Shown here: piece after piece, positions 1 through 7,572 of the stretch
Layout of the letters: each line of letters opens with the position of its first letter
How positions within the stretch are numbered: the stretch's first letter is position 1
Source: Zymomonas mobilis subsp. mobilis ATCC 10988
GTDB lineage: Bacteria > Pseudomonadota > Alphaproteobacteria > Sphingomonadales > Sphingomonadaceae
DNA: 32,000 bases
Direction of reading: 5' to 3'
Assembly (NCBI RefSeq): GCF_000175255.2
Contig: NC_017262.1
Location: 1,350,001-1,382,000, forward strand
The notes under the pieces: generated by a model
Told to the model about the DNA's origin: nothing
The model's input: the letters and a program-made list of their open reading frames with translations, nothing else
Databases searched by the model: none
Position numbers and translations under genes: made by a program

Positions 1-1
1 T

Positions 2-1159
2 GCCGCTGGAGAACATTCTGGTCACGATCATTTTTTCTCTAGCTTTTTTCATTTTGCAGCAGCCTTAGATAATAATTTTGGCCGGATGATTGCCTATAGC
101 CGTCGTGATGCAGCGGCGAATAACCTGCTCTATATTGAAACGATGCAGAATCCGAAGGTGGTGTCGACTTTTGCACGAAGTGTTTTGCAAGACGCAAAAG
201 GCAAAAATTCGCCGGAGGATTTATGGAAAGTCGTGAAAAATCGTCTTCCGGCGGCGGTAGCGGCAGCAAAGGCTGAAACCACGGAAGCGGAGGCGCAATC
301 TCGTCAGATATTACAATGCGATGGTCGCCAGCCAGATCCTGCTTGTTCGGTTACAATGCGTTATATGGTTTATGCTGTACGAGCGATGCCGCCTGAAATG
401 GTTTTTGCGCAATTAGCGTTGGGTTTTGCCTTGGCGCATAGTGATCCAAGATGGGTCGGGGTGAATATTGTCGCACCAGAGGACGGTGCGGTTTCTATGC
501 AAGATTATGACCTACATATGCAGTTTTTCCGTTTTTTAAGGCAGTTATATCCTGATGTAAAAATCACACTCCATGCAGGTGAGCTGGCTTTACCATTAGT
601 GCCTACTGCCGGTTTGAGAGATCATATCCGGAAAGCGGTTTTTGTTGCAGGTGCTGACCGTATCGGTCACGGAATTGATATTGGATCAGAAATGAATCCG
701 GTCGAAATTTTGCATCATATGGCTGAACGTCCTGTGCCAGTTGAAATCAATTTATCCAGCAATGATGCTATCTTGAATATCAAGGGTAATCAGCATCCTT
801 TTGCTCTTTATCGTCAGTATAATGTACCTGTCGTTATTTCGACGGATGATGCCGGTGTCTCTCGTAATGATCTGACCACGGAATATATGCGAGCGATAGA
901 AGAGCAACATGTTTCTTATAGTGACTTGAAAAAGCTTTCCCGTGACAGTTTGGAATATGCTTTCTTGTCAGGAGAAAGCTTATGGCAGAAAAATACGGGG
1001 GAGAGCGTGAAGCCTGTCTGTAATGGTATAGCATTTACAGCTATGCCCCAAGGCAAATGCGCTGATTTCTTGGTAAAGAATGACAAAGCTGCCTTGCAGT
1101 GGAAATTGGAAGCAGCCTTTATTCGTTATGAAGAACAGGTCAGGGAAGGGGCTTTATAA
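2..1159 (+). CDS. Adenosine deaminase family protein (5' end outside window)
   Basis: The frame is open from the window edge (AGEHSGHDHFFSSFFHFAAALDNNFGRMIAY...). It contains ADA-family motifs: ITLHAGELA, DRIGHGIDIG, VEINLSSNDAIL, VVISTDDAGVSR. TAA stop at 1157-1159. Confidence 0.85.
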   Translation, partial: AAGEHSGHDHFFSSFFHFAAALDNNFGRMIAYSRRDAAANNLLYIETMQNPKVVSTFARSVLQDAKGKNSPEDLWKVVKNRLPAAVAAAKAETTEAEAQSRQILQCDGRQPDPACSVTMRYMVYAVRAMPPEMVFAQLALGFALAHSDPRWVGVNIVAPEDGAVSMQDYDLHMQFFRFLRQLYPDVKITLHAGELALPLVPTAGLRDHIRKAVFVAGADRIGHGIDIGSEMNPVEILHHMAERPVPVEINLSSNDAILNIKGNQHPFALYRQYNVPVVISTDDAGVSRNDLTTEYMRAIEEQHVSYSDLKKLSRDSLEYAFLSGESLWQKNTGESVKPVCNGIAFTAMPQGKCADFLVKNDKAALQWKLEAAFIRYEEQVREGAL

Positions 1160-1163
1160 GTTA

Positions 1164-2048
1164 AGGCAATTTTTTCGGACTAGGTTATGTTGACAAAGAA
1201 AGGTAACCACAATTTTACGGCCGCGAGATGAAGGAAGGCGAGAAAAGATTTTCTGGTTTTGTCATAGCGTGTGGCAATGCGCCTGAACTGCTTTAGCTTA
1301 TTAAACATCCGCTCAATACGATTACGATCTTTGTAGTGCTGGAGATTATAAGGAATAGGCTTTTTTCGATTGGAACGAGGCGGGATAACAGGAAGAATGC
1401 CTCGAAAAAGCAGTTTTTCGCGTAACCTATCGCTATCATATCCTTTATCAGCGAGAAAACAGTGGGGTGTTGTGACAGGGATATCGATCAAGCTATCAGC
1501 GCCAGAATAATCAGAGACCTCACCACCGGTTAGTGCGAAAGCTAGAGGGCGGCCTTGACCATCGGAACGGGCGTGGATCTTGCTCGTAAAGCCTCCGCGG
1601 CTGCGACCAAAGCCTTCCTTATACGTCCCCCTTTTGCGCCAGCCGCTTGGCTGTGGGCGCGAATAATCGTACTATCTATCATATGTTGCCAGTCATCTGT
1701 CAGGCCAAGGTCAACGAGAGTTTCAAGAAGAGCGTCCCACACACCCTGTTCTGCCCACCTACGAAACCGAACATAGACCGAATTCCATTTCCCATAACGT
1801 TCATGCATATCTCGCCACGGGCAGCCTGTTCGAAGCACATAAAGCATACCATTGAGAAATAACCGATTACTTTTGGCGGGACGCGCGCAGCGGCCTCGTT
1901 CGCTTGGAAGAAGACCCTGTATTATCTCCCACTCCGCGTCCGTCAGATCTCCTCGCATCCTATCTACCCTACAAAACTTGTTCTCAAGTTATCTCTAAAA
2001 ATCTTAAATTATACCCTTTGTCAACAGAACCTAGGTACTCAAATTGCC
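1164..2048 (-). mobile_element. IS5-family (IS427-like) insertion sequence, about 885 bp
   Basis: A split transposase lies between imperfect ~33-34 bp terminal inverted repeats: left GGCAATTTTTTCGGACTAGGTTATGTTGACAAAG (1165-1198), right reverse complement GGCAATTTGAGTACCTAGGTTCTGTTGACAAAG (2016-2048). The flanks are consistent with a TA target duplication (1162-1163 / 2049-2050). Exact ends are tentative. Confidence 0.8.
1180..1958 (-). CDS. IS5-family transposase, two frames (orfA 1958-1542, orfB ending at 1180) probably joined by -1 frameshifting
   Basis: orfA MRGDLTDAEWEIIQGLLPSERG...TIIRAHSQAAGAKGG is continued in the other frame by YKEGFGRSRGGF... and ...IDIPVTTPHCFLADKGYDSDRLREKLLFRGILPVIPPRSNRK...RTRYDK-type DDE motifs. 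The frames meet near an A4G5 run (minus strand AAAAGGGGG, 1627-1635). Confidence 0.8.
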
Positions 2049-2088
2049 TAAAAACGGACTGTTTAAAACGACTATTATCGTTTTTAAG

Positions 2089-2130
2089 GGGGCAATAAAG
2101 ATCACATATCTTGTGAATATTTATTGCCCC
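2089..2130. terminator. Stem-loop 3' of the phosphoribosyltransferase gene (possible terminator or RNA-stabilising hairpin)
   Basis: GGGGCAATAAA (2089-2099) pairs with TTTATTGCCCC (2120-2130), with an inner TCACA/TGTGA pair. There is no clear T-run on either side, so the terminator role is uncertain. Confidence 0.5.
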
Positions 2131-2137
2131 AAGCCTA

Positions 2138-2668
2138 TTAGGCCAGCCGTTCTGGAATAGAATTGGCTTCTTCGTTAATTGTATCCTGACTACCCATGGC
2201 TTCCCAAGGGAAGATCAGCCAGCTTTTATCGACATCACGGTCGATGCTGCGCGCAGTGATGTCAACCCGCGCTTTTGAGCGGATATTATCTAATAAAACC
2301 GCAAAACGGACATTTTGAGTAACGGCACCATTTTTATCCATCATTTGGCGCAAATAGGCGATGGTGCCGCCGGAATCATTGATGTCATCAACAAAAAGCA
2401 GCTTACGTCCTGCAATGGTTAATTGCGCCAGTTTTAAGAGCAACTCATCAGCAAAATCAAAGACTTTAGACGAGTGATCAACCGAAAGCATTGGGACATT
2501 TAGGCAGTGGGACAAGTAAACGGCTGGAACCAAACCGCCTCGTCCTACCCCGACTACAAAATCGGGATATTCGTTGCTGTTTTCTACTTTTTTAGCCAGC
2601 GATTTTACATCACTGATAAAAGATTCATTATCGATATGGGTAAATTCAATTTGCGCCATAATACTCAA
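2138..2668 (-). CDS. Phosphoribosyltransferase (xanthine/hypoxanthine-guanine type)
   Basis: PRPP-binding motif LLFVDDINDSGGTI and PDFVVGVGRGGLVPAVYLSHCLNVP. Confidence 0.8.
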   Translation of the reverse strand: MSIMAQIEFTHIDNESFISDVKSLAKKVENSNEYPDFVVGVGRGGLVPAVYLSHCLNVPMLSVDHSSKVFDFADELLLKLAQLTIAGRKLLFVDDINDSGGTIAYLRQMMDKNGAVTQNVRFAVLLDNIRSKARVDITARSIDRDVDKSWLIFPWEAMGSQDTINEEANSIPERLA

Positions 2669-2736
2669 TATTCCGTTTAGGGAAATGATACATAAAGGGA
2701 AGCCTATATCCTATTTTTCATGATTTGTCGGATTAT

Positions 2737-3414
2737 TCAGCGAGGGATATGAACGAAATTATCGCCGGATGTAAGCTGTAAATTATCGATGGCTTCCTTG
2801 TTAAGTCTTATCTGTGTGCTATCTTTTTTCTCTTCGCTAAGAAAAGCATAGCTGGCTCGAAAATCTTTTAAGCGACCTGTTGCAACGACGGATAGTTGTC
2901 CTTCACCCTCATTAAGGGCAGCGGTTTCTAGCGTGGCTTCTTTTGCATGGGCGACAGAAATAATGTGATCGGTTTCAGCGACCATTGTGGGCCCACCGTC
3001 AAAAATATCGACATAGCCATTTGAAGAGAAGCCTTCTTTTTGAAGCATCCGCATGGCTGGCCTGCCACTTGTATGGGGATGACCAATAACTTCGCGTGCA
3101 GATTCTGGTAACAAGGCAGTATAGATCGGGTAGTCAGGCATTAAATCCGAAATAAAATGATTACCCTTAATAGAATTGAGATAGTCTGCTTCCTGAAAAG
3201 ACATTCCGAAAAATTTGTTACCTAGTCCGTCCCAAAACGGAGATTTGCCATTCTCATCAATAACGCCGCGTAATTCAGCCAGAAAACGGTCTGCAAAGCG
3301 GGCGCGATGTAATTTGATAAAAAGATAGCGGGATCGTGCCAGCAATAGACCAAGGCCACCGGTACGGTGATCAGGATGTAAAAATAAACCGCCGACTTCG
3401 GAACAGCCTTCTAG
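2737..3414 (-). pseudogene. astA: Arginine N-succinyltransferase (AstA), 5' part missing, interrupted by IS at 3415
   Basis: The frame reads SEVGGLFLHPDHRTGGLGLLLARSRYLFIKLHRARFADRFLAELRGVIDENGKSPFWDGLGNKFFGMSFQEADY..., typical of the AstA C-terminal two thirds. It runs directly into the IS end. Beyond the IS the same frame stays open only about 9 codons before a TGA. Confidence 0.75.
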
Positions 3415-4259
3415 GCTCAGGACTCATTCTTTGAGATAGAAGATGAAACTTGCTGCGATATGGATTGCTGACATGAATGTGTGAGCGCACCGGTCGTATC
3501 GTGTTGCGACACGCCGCCAGTCTTTGAGCTTTGCGAACATATTTTCGATGAGGTGACGCTTTTTATACAGATGCCAGTCGTAAGGCGGCTTTGATTTCCG
3601 GTTCTTCTTCGGCGGAATACAGGCGGTGATATTCCGGTCTGCGAGAGACTGTCTGATTTTATTACTGTCGTATCCCCGGTCCCCGAGAATTTCTTGTGTT
3701 TCTTCCGGCAGATTTGCCAGCAGAACATCCGCGCCTTTGAAGTCACTGACCTGACCTGCGGTCAGATGCAGCCGGACAGGGCGGCCCTGACTATCGCATA
3801 CAGCGTGAAGCTTTGAGTTCAGTCCGCCTTTCGTGCGTCCGATATGGCGGGGAAAAGCCCCTTTTTGAGCAGGGAGGCCGCTGTCCGGTGTGCTTTCAGA
3901 TGTGTTGCATCGATCATCAGACGCTTCGAACGGCCTGCCTGCTCCGTCAGGGCGACGAAGATCCGGTCAAAGACACCCAGGCGGCTCCACCGGATAAACC
4001 GGTTGTATAAAGTCTTGTGCGGGCCATACGCTTTCGGGGCGTCTTTCCACTGAAGGCCGTTGCGGATCACGTAAACGATCCCGCTCAGGACACGACGGTC
4101 ATCGACACGCGGCACACCATGCGCCAGTGGAAAAAACGGCTTAATCCGTTCCATCTGGTGCTCAGACAGCAAAAACACGTCACTCACAGCTTCACCTCCA
4201 TCGGTAAACCTGTGAATCACAACAGCCCGCTCAACTCAAGAAATTAACAGGTCCTGAGC
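3415..4259 (-). mobile_element. IS5-family insertion sequence, about 845 bp, bounded by CTAG
   Basis: Terminal repeats GCTCAGGAC (3415-3423) and GTCCTGAGC (4251-4259) are flanked by CTAG at 3411-3414 and 4260-4263. Contains a two-frame DDE transposase. Confidence 0.88.
3424..4220 (-). CDS. IS5-family transposase, two frames probably joined by -1 frameshifting at AAAAAGGGG
   Basis: orfA (4220-3819) VSDVFLLSEHQMERIKPFFPLAHGVPRVDDRRVLSGIVYVIRNGLQWKDAP...MIDATHLKAHRTAASLLKKG. orfB, read by eye in the -1 frame to TGA at 3424-3426, gives GRTKGGLNSKLHAVCDSQGRPVRLHLTAGQVSDFKGADVLLAG...GDRGYDSNKIRQSL...IPPKKNRK...YKKRHLIENMFAKLKDWRRVATRYD. orfB has no ATG, so the ORF track misses it. Confidence 0.85.
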
Positions 4260-4564
4260 CTAGTTTTATAAGATTGCTCACAGGATCAATTTTTCAGGCA
4301 TCCTAAAAATAAAAAGCATTATATATAATGAAAATCTTTATCATTAAAACGCTATCAAAAATAATATAGAAGGCTTTCTTAATATTCATTCAAAACCAAT
4401 ATTATTAAATGATGAAATAATATCATTCACATTTCCAAAATATTACGCTTTCTTAAATCAGTATATTGATTAAACCCCATAATGGAAAAAATTAGTCTTT
4501 GAGACTATTCTTTTCAAAGCCTAAAAAGCATTGATTCTCTCAAGACTTATTTTGGAATAATATT

Positions 4565-5308
4565 ATGCGGGTTGCTTTGTTTGTTCCCTGTTATGTGGAC
4601 GAATTTCATCCAGAAGTAGGCATCGCCACCCTCGAATTGCTAGAAAAGCTGGGGGTTGATGTCGAATATCCACCAGAACAGACATGTTGTGGTCAGCCGA
4701 TGACCAATTCTGGCTGTCATGAGGAATCGGCGGCAACGGAAGCCAATTTTGTCCGCAATTTTGCCGGTTATGATTATATTGTCAGCCCTTCGGGAAGCTG
4801 TACCCATCATGTCCGTGCCAATATGGATGCGGTCGAACAAAGTGATGCGGTGAAAGAAGTCCGCAGCCGTAGCTTTGAACTGGTCGAATTTCTCCATGAT
4901 ATTCTGAAAGTCGAAGCCTTTCCTTGGGCGGAATTTCCTCACAAAGTAGCCTTGCACAATAACTGTAATGCCCTTCGCGGCCTGAATATCGCCAGCATGT
5001 CAGAATTGCGGGTGCCGTTTTTCTCAAAGCCCAAATCGCTTCTTGAAAAGGTCAAAGGCCTGACCTTTACCGAATTGGAACGCCCTGACGAATGTTGCGG
5101 CTTTGGCGGCACTTTTTCTGTCTTTGAAGAAGGGGTCTCGACCGCCATGGGCTACGACAAGGTGCAAGACCAATATCGCTCAGGTGCAGAATATGTCACC
5201 TCTTCCGACAGCTCTTGTATGATGCATCAACAGGGCTGTGCTGAACGCTTGGGACTCCCGTTAAAATATATTCATATTGCCCAAATCTTGAACGGAGCGC
5301 GTGAATAA
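4565..5308 (+). CDS. lutA: (Fe-S)-binding lactate utilization protein LutA/LldE-like, with CCG motifs
   Basis: MRVALFVPCYVDEFHPEVGIATLELLEKLGVDVEYPPEQTCCGQPMTNSG... and ...RPDECCGFGGTFSVFEEGVS. First gene of a three-gene set with lutB and lutC, with a 1-nt overlap to the next ORF. Confidence 0.88.
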   Translation: MRVALFVPCYVDEFHPEVGIATLELLEKLGVDVEYPPEQTCCGQPMTNSGCHEESAATEANFVRNFAGYDYIVSPSGSCTHHVRANMDAVEQSDAVKEVRSRSFELVEFLHDILKVEAFPWAEFPHKVALHNNCNALRGLNIASMSELRVPFFSKPKSLLEKVKGLTFTELERPDECCGFGGTFSVFEEGVSTAMGYDKVQDQYRSGAEYVTSSDSSCMMHQQGCAERLGLPLKYIHIAQILNGARE

Positions 5309-6750
5309 TGGAAAAATCGGATCCAACCGCTTTAACCGAAGCCCAACCACGAGGTGCCGTTATCAAAGGCAACCATCCGGTCGATCAATCAGAAGCAGCC
5401 AACCGCTTCATTGCCGCGCCCCGTCATGAAAAATCCCATGATAAAAGATTGTGGGAATTGCGGAAAAGACGCGATCACGCGATGCATTCCATCGAAGAAT
5501 GGGAAGAATTGCGACAACTGGCATCCGATATCAAAAGCCATACTCTGTCTCGGCTGGATGAATATCTGCTGGAATTTGAAAAGAACGCCACCGCCAACGG
5601 GGTGCATGTCCATTGGGCATTAGATGCCGAAGAACATAACAAAATCGTCCTCGACATTCTGAACAGCCATAAAGCCAAACGCTTCATCAAAAGCAAATCC
5701 ATGCTGACCGAAGAATGTGGCCTGCGGGATTATCTTAAAAAAGCGGATATCGAGGTTGTTGAAACGGATCTTGGCGAACGGATTCAACAGCTCGATAACG
5801 AAGACCCAAGCCATGTCGTGGTTCCGGCTGTGCATAAACTCTGCGAAGATGTCGCACAGGTCTTTCACAAAAGCTATGGCTCGGACGAACATAACGCCGA
5901 TGCCCATTATCTCGCCGAATGTCAGAGGGAAGCGACACGGCCGCTTATTCTCTCGGCTGATGCCGGCATGACCGGTTGCAACTATGCGGTCGCCGAAACA
6001 GGCAGCATTGTGGTCTGCACCAATGAAGGCAATGCCGATCTTTCGGCGAATGTCCCGCCACTCCATATCGCTTCTGTCGGGATTGAAAAGGTCATCCCCC
6101 GCCTTGAAGATGTGCCGGTCTTTGTCCGGCTGTTATCACGCAGCGCTTTGGGATCACCGATTACGCAATATACCTCACATTTCCGCGCGCCGAGAAAAGG
6201 CGGCGAAATGCATATTATTCTTGTTGATAATGGCCGTTCGGAAAGACTGAAAAACGAAACATTTCGCCATTCACTGAAATGTATTCGCTGCGGCGCTTGC
6301 ATGAATACCTGTCCGGTTTTCCGCCGCTCGGGAGGTCTCAGCTATGGGGCAACCTATGCTGGTCCCATTGGCCTGATTATCGACCCGACCTATAATCTCC
6401 ATAAATATAGCCGCTTGCCGTTTTCTTCGACCTTGAATGGCAGTTGTGCCAATGTCTGTCCGGTCAAAATCAATATCCATGAACAGATCGCGTCTTGGCG
6501 GCAATTTATTTCAGAAAATCACGAATTACCTTTTGTGAAAAAGGCAATGATGAAATCAGCCGGAGCCTTACTCTCCAGTCCGAAACTCTATCGGAAAGCC
6601 CTACCGATCACGAACAGCATCCTGCGGCATTTACCGCATTTTGCGATTTATAACCGCTTGAACAGTTGGACAACCGGACGGGAAATGCCGGAGGTAAAAC
6701 GCGAAACCTTCTATCAGTGGTATCAGAAAAACAGAGGGAAAAAAGCATGA
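5308..6750 (+). CDS. lutB: Iron-sulfur lactate utilization protein LutB/LldF-like
   Basis: Ferredoxin-like cysteine clusters CIRCGACMNTCPVFR and CANVCPVKINIHEQI, plus GMTGCNYAVAETGSIVVCTNEGNADLS. Confidence 0.88.
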   Translation: MEKSDPTALTEAQPRGAVIKGNHPVDQSEAANRFIAAPRHEKSHDKRLWELRKRRDHAMHSIEEWEELRQLASDIKSHTLSRLDEYLLEFEKNATANGVHVHWALDAEEHNKIVLDILNSHKAKRFIKSKSMLTEECGLRDYLKKADIEVVETDLGERIQQLDNEDPSHVVVPAVHKLCEDVAQVFHKSYGSDEHNADAHYLAECQREATRPLILSADAGMTGCNYAVAETGSIVVCTNEGNADLSANVPPLHIASVGIEKVIPRLEDVPVFVRLLSRSALGSPITQYTSHFRAPRKGGEMHIILVDNGRSERLKNETFRHSLKCIRCGACMNTCPVFRRSGGLSYGATYAGPIGLIIDPTYNLHKYSRLPFSSTLNGSCANVCPVKINIHEQIASWRQFISENHELPFVKKAMMKSAGALLSSPKLYRKALPITNSILRHLPHFAIYNRLNSWTTGREMPEVKRETFYQWYQKNRGKKA

Positions 6751-7343
6751 CCAGCCGTCAACGCATTCTCGACAATATCGCGCTTGCCCGCCATGATGCC
6801 GAACATCCTCTACCGAAGGTGCCGCTTTTCGATGACAAAGCGGCGACAACCGATCTGGTAAGCCAATTCACCCAAGCGGTTATCAATATGGGCGGTGAGG
6901 TTGCCGCGCTAGAAGGTCAAAGCTTGGCGGAATTGGTTGATAAAAAGACCAAAGACGCAAAAATCATCTGCTCCCATGTCGAAGAAATAAAGGGCAATTT
7001 CCCGCTAACCACCGACACCCAACCAACCGATTTGAAAGATGTTGATTTCGGCATTGTCCGAGCGTCTTTCGCGGTCGCTGAAACCGGTTCACTTTGCCTG
7101 ACAGACAGCAATTTTGGTATCAATACATTGGGTTATCTGCCGCAACATCTGATTGTTTTGGTCGATCCGGCTGATATCCTGTTTAACCTGCATAATGCCT
7201 ATCAACGGCCAGAATGGCGCGAACATGGCTATGCTGTTTTCCATACAGGGCCTTCCGCCACGGCCGACATCGAAGGGATTCTTATCCACGGTGCGCAAGG
7301 TGTCCGTTCTCTTTTGGTGATTTTGCAACCGCGCCAAGCGTAA
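6747..7343 (+). CDS. lutC: Lactate utilization protein LutC/LldG-like (LUD domain)
   Basis: MTSRQRILDNIALARHDAEHP...GIVRASFAVAETGSLCLTDSNFGINTLGYLPQHLIVLVDPADI...TGPSATADIEGILIHGAQGV. The ATG overlaps the lutB stop (ATGA). The longer ORF start at 6666 is unlikely. Confidence 0.85.
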   Translation: MTSRQRILDNIALARHDAEHPLPKVPLFDDKAATTDLVSQFTQAVINMGGEVAALEGQSLAELVDKKTKDAKIICSHVEEIKGNFPLTTDTQPTDLKDVDFGIVRASFAVAETGSLCLTDSNFGINTLGYLPQHLIVLVDPADILFNLHNAYQRPEWREHGYAVFHTGPSATADIEGILIHGAQGVRSLLVILQPRQA

Positions 7344-7349
7344 TTTCTT

Positions 7350-7380
7350 ACCCGTCTCTCTTCCCAGATTAGAGACGGGT
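7350..7380 (+). terminator. Stem-loop after lutC
   Basis: ACCCGTCTCT (7350-7359) / AGAGACGGGT (7371-7380) forms a perfect 10-bp stem, followed after a few bases by a short T stretch. Confidence 0.55.
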
Positions 7381-7461
7381 AAAATCAATTTTTCTAATCC
7401 GATAAAAGGCGGAAGAAATCTTTATCCCCGCAAGCTGAAAGGCTTTAAACTTAAAAAAACA

Positions 7462-7510
7462 CCCTATCAAAAGAAGGCCTCTCAACCCAAAAGGCTTTCC
7501 TTTGATAGGG
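7462..7510. terminator. Long inverted repeat in the convergent lutC / heparinase-like intergenic region
   Basis: CCCTATCAAAAGAAGGCC (7462-7479) vs GGCTTTCCTTTGATAGGG (7493-7510), 16 of 18 positions complementary. Candidate bidirectional terminator. Confidence 0.5.
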
Positions 7511-7572
7511 CATTCCATCATTCAGGCTATACGGAGATAGGCTTCAATCAATCTATCCGAAAACAGCCGAAT

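Noticed and set aside
3417-3746. Minus-strand ORF MTSKARMFCWQICRKKHKK...
   Set aside because: It lies in the wrong frame across the transposase orfB, which reads convincingly in another frame without an ATG. Spurious ORF.
5620-6066. 148-aa minus-strand ORF opposite lutB
   Set aside because: Antisense shadow of a well-supported gene with no recognisable motif. The same applies to 5389-5613, 6271-6504, 13497-13937, 13934-14245, 10411-10761, 10897-11400 and many similar ORFs.
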